Below, in pieces: positions 39,901 through 49,700 of a stretch of 64,000 nucleotides of DNA. The notes beneath the pieces were generated by a model. It ran no database searches and had not been told where the DNA came from. It was given only the letters and a program-made list of their open reading frames with translations. The DNA comes from Schmidtea polychroa. Taxonomy: Eukaryota. Every line of letters begins with the position of its first letter. The first letter of the stretch is position 1. The translations under genes and the position numbers were made by a program. The stretch covers positions 87,584,397-87,648,396 of the forward strand of contig CM097887.1 in the NCBI GenBank assembly GCA_044892525.1, written 5' to 3'.

Positions 39901-40556
39901 CAAAGGAAATGTTATCAATCTTTAGTTCCTCTTGCATGAGTTTTGGAATAAGCCAATGAGTAGAATATTTCAATGTTTGGGAATCGGATATGATTATTAT
40001 TAAAGGACATTTTCCAATGGCTTTATATTTAACCAACAGATTATGTAGTAAACTAGGTTCACTGTAAAACTGATTGGGAAAATTCTAAAAAATAATAATA
40101 CTTAACAAAACAATCATACATTATAACTTTAATTAATATCAGTTTTTTGTCCATATTATTATTAAATTCATCGCGAGGTTCAGAATATCGTGAAGTTTTT
40201 AGTAGAAAATCACTAAAATCATCTACTGCATTACTTTGAGTTTCATCATTCCAACAATGTATGCATACGTTAGGCAATGCGTATAATGTAGCAGTTTTAC
40301 CCGAACCTGAAGGTCCATTTAATAACAAAATACTAGAAGAATCGGAACTAGAATTTTTATTAATCCAATTCAAAACTTCTTGAATTTTTTTACTATGAAC
40401 AGCTAAGTCTGACTAATAATCAAAATATGAAAATTTGTGCTAAAAAGTTACAATCGTTTTAGGTTTATATTTTTCAATCCATAAAACACCAGGTTTATTT
40501 TTTAAGGGCAGAGAATTTCCAGCGACACATGTATCCAATTTTTTCTTTTTATTCAT
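33946..40556 (-). CDS. RAD17: Cell-cycle checkpoint clamp loader RAD17, 8 exons, 522 aa
   Basis: Exons 40452-40556, 40128-40412, 39836-40084, 37279-37378, 37144-37233, 36989-37092, 34198-34627, 33946-34151; total 1569 nt in frame (exon 4 donor could alternatively lie 6 nt further on). Motifs: WIEKYKPKT..DLAVHSKKI, GPSGSGKT, PNQFY, CPLIIIISDS, GDIRSAINNL, FRALGKILYCKR, YLHENH. Confidence 0.9.
35652..35962. mobile_element. Charlie-type hAT MITE (311 bp) in RAD17 intron 6
   Basis: Perfect 14-bp TIRs CAGTGGTTCTCAAC; perfect 8-bp TSD CTTTATGC (35644-35651, 35963-35970). Confidence 0.95.
36300..36700 (-). pseudogene. Possible decayed gag with tandem zinc-knuckle-like repeats in RAD17 intron 6
   Basis: Degenerate ~80-bp tandem units (GAAAATGCCAGAA...ATGCCGAACTAT) encode KCQ...ECRTIR / GCRTIR; the 84-aa ORF at 36319-36573 derives from these units. 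Confidence 0.3.
37773..38130. mobile_element. piggyBac-type MITE (358 bp) in RAD17 intron 3
   Basis: TTAA flanks (37769-37772, 38131-38134); perfect 13-bp TIRs CCATTTCCTGGCT. Confidence 0.88.
38460..38543. mobile_element. Right end of a hAT-like element (TAGGGCATACC TIR)
   Basis: CCGATACCGATTAATCG...CGGGTATGCCCTA; a second GGTATGCCCTA in the same orientation at 38230-38240; no left end found. Confidence 0.45.
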
Positions 40557-40888
40557 GAATGGAAATAAATATTTTTCAACAGCAAAAAATTTAAATTAAA
40601 TATCTTAATTTAACAAAATGTATATTAATATTCAAACAAAGTCAAATGATTTCATTGTTATTATTTTCTTCTTATTCAAAATGAGTAAGCTAAGATCATT
40701 TTTATTGAAACTGATAAAATATATTCAAATCATATTTTAATATTATATTATTATAAATATATTATATTTGTTTTTTCGATACGATAAGATTGTAATCTGT
40801 TCTTGCTTTGAATCCCGTTACACGTTATTAGAATGTGTCGAGAAAATAAGCAGTAATTAAAGGTGTTAACACAATATATTGTTTAGAG

Positions 40889-41563
40889 TATGGTTTCTTA
40901 ACCCGGGGTGCATGGACTCCTTAGAGATCTATGGGTGATTTTTCGAGGGTCCGTCGACTACATTTTAATTTGGAATTTTCAAAAAGCATTTAACTTGAAT
41001 TTTATTACCAAGCACAACATGAAAATGAAATCATAGTAATTTTTAAAATAAAATTTTTTTTTGATCTTAAAATAATGTCCTTGCTAAAAATTAATTTAGA
41101 AAGTTTTTTGTTATTCTGTAAGAAAGCCTACTCTCTTCTTTTAACCCTTTCGCGGACGCACTTTTTTAATTGCTGTTCCCAGAACGCAGTAGTATGACGT
41201 GTATACACGTCATTGTCCATTAAAGGGTTAAAATGAACTATGAAAAGTATAATTCCATTTGCCACAATCTATCTCTGCGTAGCGAGTTTTTTCACACTTG
41301 TGACGTTTTAATGTCTAACAGGATATGCGCGTAAAGTTGTCAAAAAACAATTCCTCAATTTAATTTATTAATTAAGAAAAAACAGCAACAGCCTTCACAT
41401 TAATAAATTGTGGATGATTTTAAAATATAAATATTAAAATTAAATATTTTGTAATAATTGATATATTTTTACTTTTTTTCGTTTTACATATTGAAGCTAG
41501 GGGTCCGTGCTTTTAAAAATATATAAAAGGGGCTCTATCACACCTTAAAATTAAGAGACACTG
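40889..41563 (+). mobile_element. Internally deleted Charlie/Buster hAT element retaining the transposase C-terminus
   Basis: Ends TATGGTTTCTTAACC / AATTAAGAGACACTG; flanks GTTTAGAG and ATCTAGAG (6/8). Remnant peptide IIPFATIYLC...DMRVKLSK..IPQFNLLIKKKQQQPSH* matches Buster C-termini. Confidence 0.8.
41145..41227. mobile_element. 83-bp piggyBac-type mini-element nested in the Charlie remnant
   Basis: TTAA at 41141-41144 and 41228-41231; TIRs CCCTTTCGCGGAC / GTCCATTAAAGGG (10/13); perfect 20-bp palindrome ATGACGTGTATACACGTCAT at 41194-41213. Confidence 0.88.
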
Positions 41564-41829
41564 ATCTAGAGCATATGTGAGGAACCTGTGGGCTCCGTAA
41601 AATCAAACTCTTGAATTAATTGATATTTGATTTAATGATGACTTATATAGTGATGTTTCTAAAATTTTCATGATACAAAATAATTCTAGGCTTTGTCCCT
41701 TGCATTAATACATTAATACAAATGTTCTATTTTTATTTTTTGATTTTGATCTTTTTTGAGTTTATTAATTAATTAATCAATTACATTTGAAAGACTGTAA
41801 ATAGTTAGTTGGACAAACATGAATCAAAC

Positions 41830-41891
41830 ATATTAATATACATTTTGTTAAATTAAGATATTTAATTTAAATGTATTGCTGTTGAAAAATA
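41830..41891. repeat. 62-bp inverted duplicate of the sequence just upstream of the RAD17 ATG (40570-40631)
   Basis: 60/62 identical to the reverse complement of 40570-40631. Confidence 0.92.
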
Positions 41892-43429
41892 TAATTTAAA
41901 AATTTACTATGAATTCGATTTAACAATAATTTGAACTTGACTTTGAAAAATGAATAACTGTAAAATATGAACAATCCCAAAATTAATGCAATTACATAGT
42001 CGCATGTAGATACCGACGACTAAGAGATTGGATAAATAATAAAACGATGATGAGACAAGAGGTTCAATAAGCCCATGAACCTAGAGGCACATTAGGTTAT
42101 TAGTAGTCTTATGTTGGGGCTAGTCTTTAGTTGATAGCTACCCTGCTTATGTCGCTTTCAATGGGCATATGTTGGCCAAATAAAATAGTTCTGCGCGGTT
42201 GCGAAGGAAATTTAGTGAAAGTATTAACAAGATAATACAGATACAAATATTAATGATTTCTTCACCAATAACCCACCAATAGTAACAATTTTGAGAAAAT
42301 GAGAAAAAACAACTAGGTAATACCACAAAAAAATTTTAAAATTTCAAAGTAAATAAATACTTACTCAAATTCAGAAATAAAAATGACAAATGCTAAGGCA
42401 GAATGCTGCCCGGATTTTTAAAATTATCTACAATTTAACCGAAAATTCAAGCAATTTGGAATATATTATTAAAACGAGAAGTATTGTCTGATCCCTGCTC
42501 AAATTTTTTATATAGAAGTATAGGTGCTGATTGAATAAGCAACCACACTGATTAAGTCAACAATTGAGTGGGTAGCAGTCACAAAACAAAAATTTGTATT
42601 TAAAAAATATAGTCCTGCACACACCAGATTTAAACAGGTATAAAAACCCGATCAAAAAGAACACATAAATGAACTATAAAAAAATCTGTTAATCTTATCA
42701 AAACTGCTGACTAAAACAACCAAACGTTGAAAACAAAATCCTTGAAAAACTCAAAGGGCATAAAAAAGCGAAACATTCTCTACTCTACAATGATGAACTC
42801 ATATTCAAGGATTATTACAGCTCAGTACCAACAACAACAGAATCAACCCAAAAATAAATTTTCTATGTGAAAAATTTTAAAATTCTTTGCGATGTAATTT
42901 ATTATCTCATGTCATAAATTTTGTCATTCAAGCCAATATAATTTTATGTTTTATTCAATGAATTTAAATATTACTTTTAGTAGTTCTTAGTGATACAGAT
43001 GAATGAGACAGATAGATCCCGAAAACGAATTTATGACAGAATAGTCCAAGTTTTGTAGACATAAATTATAAAGTATTAACTCTTCATTTTAGATGACAAT
43101 GGAAGGTTGAAAGTTATCATGAATTTTAGAAGGTTAGTAGGAAAAGACGAATCACTTTAAAGAAACTGATTTACGAATAGGTAATGATGACATTTCGAGG
43201 CAACAGTAATGATATTTATGTGAAACAGACGTGCTTTATTTATTTTATTTTTAATTTTTCTATTCTTTATGAAGTTAAAATTTATTATGATTTTATAAAT
43301 GTTATTTATCTCTTAACAAGTTAATATGCGATTAGAACGATGCAGTTTTTGAATAACAATGTATTCATGTAACACACATTCAAAATAGAAACTAATAGAC
43401 ATATGCATGTAGTTCAATTTTCTTCTGGC

Positions 43430-43670
43430 GGTCTTTAGAAAGCAGTCCGAGTGAGGCCAGTAGGCCGGAGTTTGTACAATTAAAGTCGCAGGAGTTCACA
43501 TAACCTGAGCAGATGAAGAGAAAGATTGGATGAATAAGTCCGCGAACTGTATCCCAAGTAACCAGAGAAACAAAAATCATGGACGAGATCGTAGGAAATG
43601 GTGTACTGAGGAGCGATTACCGCTCGGGAACAGAAACAGTAGTAAACATTGATAGATTGGATAATTAAAT
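43430..43670 (+). pseudogene. Gypsy integrase C-terminal (GPY/F-region) remnant
   Basis: Frame with stops: QLKSQ...KRKIG*ISPR...IMDEIVGNGVLRSDYRSGTETVVNIDRL, similar to the KL-PR...E--GNGVY-L...VN--RL tail of gypsy integrases. Confidence 0.45.
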
Positions 43671-45162
43671 TGACAATGTACCTGATAAAACTTTTGATAA
43701 ATAATTTAACTAAAATTAATTTAGATTTAGGAATAATTTTCAATTTTATTTTGGTTTTCTGAGTTCATAATTAGAAATAGATTGAAATTGCACACTGAGC
43801 AAAAAGTCCGATTATGATAAATCATTGGAAAACCAAAAATGGTTCGAATCTAGGAGGAGTTCAAAGAAATAATTGATTGTTCTTTCTCTACATTTTGAAA
43901 AATAAAATTTTTGAATTATAATCCTTATTTTTTTAAATCGCGCCAACATTAATAATGAAACGTTTTATTAATTAGTATATCATTAAACTTTAAGATAATA
44001 AAATTCTTAGTAAAATAAGTAGAAATAATGTAGGTTTAAACAAATATTTATTGTCTTCAAATGGAAAATAGACATGAAAATTGGTTTGTGTTACTTTTAT
44101 TTATATATGTAATTTTAATACATGACTATTTCATCTCACTATTAATGGATTTCAGTAGTACTGTCATCCGCGCTGTTAACAAAAATTTAAAGAAATTATT
44201 TGCAGTGGACCAGATGGATAAATTTTGACAGAACGTGATGCACTACACTTTTAACCCCCTTAAGCATCAACCCAGGAAGTTCAAACGGAGACAAATGCGA
44301 GAGATTAAAGGGGTTTGGAAAGATGGACAGGAGAAATATTAAAACATTGTTATTATTACATTGCTTTGGCTTATATTATTATATTGATAAAATATGATAA
44401 TTTAGTGATGCGTTTAATCGTAATCATATTAATTAAAACAATTAATTAAGAATAGTCTAAAAATTATTTATGTCATAATCGTCTGGAAGCCAAAAAAATT
44501 TATTTTAGGAAAACATTTAAATATTGCAACGAAATTGATGAAACAATAAAACAATAAACTAAATGCAAATATTTATAAATTAAATAACGATATAATACGA
44601 ATAACTATAATCTAATTTCATCAATGCGATCACAGTCGATTCGACAGAAAATAATAATCACATAATCTCGTATTTTTTTCGAACTCTGAAATTCGTTTTA
44701 TGTGGAAAATTCAGTAAATAACAAAACGATGAAGGAACAAGACAAAAAGTGCATGACTCCTACTACGGTAGATTATGAACCCTGAGGCTCGTCAGGGCAT
44801 TAGGAGTCCTCGTGATAGGGCTCTCCTTTAATAACCGGCACCGCTAAATCGCAGTACCAACGACGCTTGCGGGGGAATTGTGAATATCGTGAAAGTGTTG
44901 ACCAGATAGCATCCATAAGTGAAAAATTTTCCCCACACGTAACCCACTACATTCAATACAAAAATAAACACATTTTATAATAATTATTTGAAAAAAAATC
45001 ATGTTTGACTATTAAATAACAAAGACTTAAAAATTTTATTAAAATATTTGAATATCAATTTTAATTATAATTAATTTGTTTTTGTAAAATTTTTATTATT
45101 TTTCAAATACATTAAAGAAATGAATTTTAAAATTGTGTAATCTTATTTTTGTTTCTTTATTG

Positions 45163-45905
45163 ATGAATAAAGCCATTTTCTTCAAAAGTAAGTTCTTGAA
45201 ATAACTTTGTTAAATTATCTTATTGTTTTATTAATATGGTTTATATGGGTAAATACGTATTTTGCAATGAATATAGTATTCCTTTATTCATTTGATGTTT
45301 ATAGAAATGAATTGTGACAATCATTTATAATATTAATTTAGAAATGGATTTATTAGACTCTTGGTTTGAATCAATCCGAAATGGTAACTTAAAAGAAATT
45401 ATTAATATTTTTAAAACCAACCCGGATTTTATTAATAAATTTACTACTATGAATGATGGTAGAAACGTAAGTGTGAATGCCAACTGACAAAGTTATTTTT
45501 TACAAACAATTAGACTTATCAAACTAATGCAATTATTGAAGCTTCATTTCAAGGAAATCGAGATCTTGTGAAATGGTTGATAGAGAACAATGCAGATGTT
45601 AACTCTATGTCTGATGTGTGTTTTTGATGATTTATATACATTTCATGTTTATTTTGTTAGGGTGGATGGTGTCCTATCCATTTTGCTGCTCAACATGGTC
45701 ATGTGACCACTGTTAATTTGTTGGTACTTGGAGGTGCTGAAGTAAATGTCGAAACAGAAGTAAGCTGCCAGTAGTAATATGATTAATAAACGATAATTTT
45801 TCCAAGGCTAAAGAAACGCCAATTTTGTTTGCACTTCAAGCATATATGCGGGATACAGTAAAAAAATTATTGCACCATGGGGCATCTTTAGTTGGTATTG
45901 ATAGG
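45163..45905 (+). CDS. Ankyrin-repeat coding exons (4 repeats, ~150 aa), open at the 3' end
   Basis: Exons 45163-45187 (tentative), 45342-45466, 45514-45615, 45661-45759, 45807-45905; introns 154/47/45/47 bp; 99-102-nt phase-0 exons. Peptides AIIEASFQGNRDLVKWLIENNADVN, GWCPIHFAAQHGHVTTVNLLVLGGAEVN, ETPILFALQ...LLHHGAS. The last exon ends on a GTAAGT donor with no stop. Missed by the ORF track. Confidence 0.88.
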
Positions 45906-46744
45906 GTAAGTGATAATATTTAATTTCAATTAATATTCATGAGCGATATCACAATTTCAATACTAATTTAACTAATTTGAATAGATTATTTTTAATTAAT
46001 TTCTTAATACCAATTAGACAATGGAATTATTGGTATGTATTTCAAAGTTATTTTACATTTCAAGATTACTAATTGTGATCATAAACGAATACATAAAATA
46101 TTGATTCGTCTATTTTTTTTCTAATCCTACAAAGTGATAATTTGTGTTGCATATATGAATCATATATTTTCAATACTTATTTAGGGGAATTCATAAAAAA
46201 GAAACTTTTTACCGTTTATTTTTGTAATTTATCTCCGAATCCAAGCTTCCTAAACATCTTTATATTTCATTTTATCAACTATCTTCCTGTATAAATTCTA
46301 AAATAAAGCGTACAATTATATAAAAATAAGACTAATATAATTCATGATCACGATTTTGCATCAAAAACGTAAAAATCATAGATTGACTATTTAAATTCAA
46401 ATAATTCACGACTGTTCAATTTTTTTTATTAATGATTTCTATTATTTTTCTATTAAATAACAATTCATTAATTAATCAAATTAATTGTCAATCTATTCTT
46501 TTTATAAATTATTAAAGCAGCATTTCATAGTAAGTTTTGAACAGTATCATGTGATTTTATTCAGTATCTAAATTTTGTTTGTTTTATAATACACAATGAA
46601 TTGAAATTGTAACTGATTCTATAGTATTAAAATGAAATAGTTTTGTAATTTTAAATATTGGTATCATTTTCTTGTTATACAGTTTATTAATTATTTCTTT
46701 TTCAAATATCTTAATTCAAAATTTCATTTTAGAATTATCTACAA

Positions 46745-49700
46745 ATGTGTATACAAAAAGACATATTAGATCCAGCGTTTCTCGATGAGCAGAACAAAAC
46801 ATATTTAGTAGACACGAGTAGCTATAGAAAAATAGATAGTAACGGTTTTGATATCATGAACCGACAGCATGATCGTGAAATCGAAGAAATAAAGCCCGTT
46901 AAGCTTAACAAAACAAAAATTACCACAGAATACGACAGTGAATTAAAACGTCGACGACAGGACCTATTGAAGAAGATGCGACGAACCACTGAACCCGTTA
47001 ATGCTTTGACTCAATTAATTAGAAAACTATCACAGTCTGAAAGCGATTCAGAAAAAATAATTGTTGTTGAAGAACTCATTATGATATGCAATCAAGAAGG
47101 TGGGGTACCCCAGAATAAATTCTCAGATCAAATGATAAACATTTTGGAATTATGCATATGCGATTCTTCATCATCTGATGAATTCATTCTCTTATCAGGA
47201 CAGTTAATGATGAGTTTGTTACACCTAAATATCAGACGTGGTGATGCGGCAATTGTGGATTTTTGGTGTCGGATTTTCGATAAAATGACCAATTTACAAA
47301 TTGAGCAATATACTCAACAGATTCTCAAAATGCTACTAAAAATGATTGAAAGTGCCTCAGAAGGTGTTATTAATAATTTAAAATCCAACAAAGATACATT
47401 TTTAAAAAATTGGGAATATTTCTTTGAAAATCTCTGTTTTCCAAAATGCTTGAATTTATCGCTCATGATTTTAAAAAGTGTTTTCAATCACTGTCCAGAT
47501 GTTGTCATCGATCGATTTCACAATGTTATCGATATAATGATTGGATGGTGCATTCATCCCGACACAGATCTGGTGACAATGGAAGCTCTCTGTCAACGTA
47601 GCGTGGATTTGCACGAATGCTGGATTTCGGATACAATTAATCTCAAAAAGACTCTTAGCAATCTACAGAAAGATTTTTTAACACATTGTCAAATGTTGTC
47701 GAGAATTCATCGTATTGATAAAGATCGTTCGCAAATTGATGATTTAAAATTAAAAATCAAATTTTTCTGTTTTGCATTATCATGTGTTACCGCCGGAGTA
47801 AGCAAAATTTCAGATTTGAATGCAGTTAATTTCCACGAAAACAGCTCCGAAAATATTACAGAGATATTATCAAATGTATATGTCATTGGCATCATTGAGA
47901 AAATAACCGAAGGATTAATAATGTGCAGTAAACAAATAGATTTCGATAATCTGTTATTACAGCCAAATTCTGTAATTCTTCATTTGTTATTTATTTTAAA
48001 CAAAAAGGAATCAGTCGGAACTGTATATCAAAGTGTATTTCGATATGTGCTCGGTACAACTTTGCCATTGCAATCACACATTTTATCAGAGGGCAGTAAT
48101 AATACAAATTATTACAATAAACAATTAATTATTTCATATCTCGACCTGATCAGCATTTGCTTAGTAAATATCAACCTTGAACCAGCAACAGTCGTTCAAG
48201 TTCTCTCCCCAGTAAACTGGATACACTCATGCATTTTCTATGGGTCATTTATCGATAATAATCTAATGCAAAAATATTTACGATTGGTAGATATTATTGC
48301 CAAATCCCATTGCGTAACTACATTCTATCAAATTCTTTTAAGTGATCTGGAATTAGCACTTAATATTCTTATGAAAATATCAAATTGTACGAATATTGTG
48401 CGTTTAGTACAAAGCAATGCGTTCAAAGCAAAATCATACGAAACACCACAAGCGGAACTAGTAGTTAAATACAATATCAATCTGATAATTATGCTCTATA
48501 ATCGGTTGAGTGATCCTTCAATTCTAGTACCATCGATACCTGTACTTTTCACCAAGTATTTATTGTTCACAGAATCCAATGTTATTGTTAAGTATCCAAA
48601 TATGACAAGCTTTTTAATGAGTACAATATCCAAAATTAAACTATCTCACGATTTGATTCCTGATTGGATTAAATTCCTCTGTTTGATAATCAATACCGAT
48701 AATCTAGATTTCACAATAAAGAATATGGGGTTTGAAATTCTGAAAACGGTTTTAATAACTAATAAATCAGTTATTGAAAATAACATTGAATTAATTAATC
48801 TATTAGTTAGTAGTGCTTGTAATTTGATGAATTTTGAAAGTGAAAAAGAGGCCATAGTGCTTAGTTGTCTCAATATCATTGTCGAGAGTCTAAATTCTTA
48901 TGAGACATTAATTAATGAAACCAACATAGACAAACTTGTTGCGACTAATGTCATTTTCAGTATGCATTCATCTCATTTAATTCGTAGTAAATGCATTAAA
49001 ATATACTTTGATCTTATAGTAAAAACCGATTCGCCTATTTCCCAGAAATTATTTACTAAAAACTTAAAGTCTATTCAGGCTATTTCAGTATCGGGCCGAT
49101 CTTTCAAATTTCCAATAGATTTTAGCAAATCTATTTTCAATTGGATAATTGATTCAACAGATAAATATAGCTTCGAAAGTAGGGATATTCAAAGATTACA
49201 TAGTATTGTGGCAATCAATCAAAGTAAACTCGAGCATTTATTCTGCAATCGAATGATTATGGTTTATGAGATTATCATTAATGCCTGTTGGGACTGTGTG
49301 CGACAAAAGTTGAAATTCGACCAGAATGCCGATTCAAGGATTACTTTGATGACCATAGAAAATATGGTAAAATCAATTCTGACAAATGGAAATTCTCTAA
49401 AAGCAATAACTGATAAACGGTTTAGGAAATTGATGACTAAATTTACTAGTAAAACTCCAGAAGATCAATCGTTATCAGTAAATTTAATGATTCTCTTATT
49501 GGATGTTCTAGAGAAAATGTTTTATAATTGTTATGAAGGATGTTGTCTTGGATTCCCGTCAGTTAATAAGTCGATAGAAACTTTTTTCGTGACAAACAAG
49601 AACGTTTGTATTGAATGGTTCATCAAAATGAGATTGTTGATCGTTGCTTTAGCTCAATATTCTGGTCAGTGGAGCACTGTTATTTGGCATGGAATGCAAT

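Noticed and set aside
42990-43210. Two intron-sized GT-AG segments (43 and 48 bp) suggesting a small gene
   Set aside because: No reading frame stays open across the junctions.
43841-43850. GGTTCGAATC tRNA T-loop/B-box
   Set aside because: No cloverleaf, acceptor stem or A-box.
44251-44316. Tiny piggyBac-like element TTAACCCCCT...AAGGGGTTT
   Set aside because: TIR is only ~8 bp and the right-hand TTAA is absent.
44755-44823. Hammerhead ribozyme (minus-strand CTGACGA) or U1 snRNA (ATCACG loop)
   Set aside because: No GAAA after stem II and CUGA does not follow stem I; no U1 5' ACTTACCTG and the loop order is wrong.
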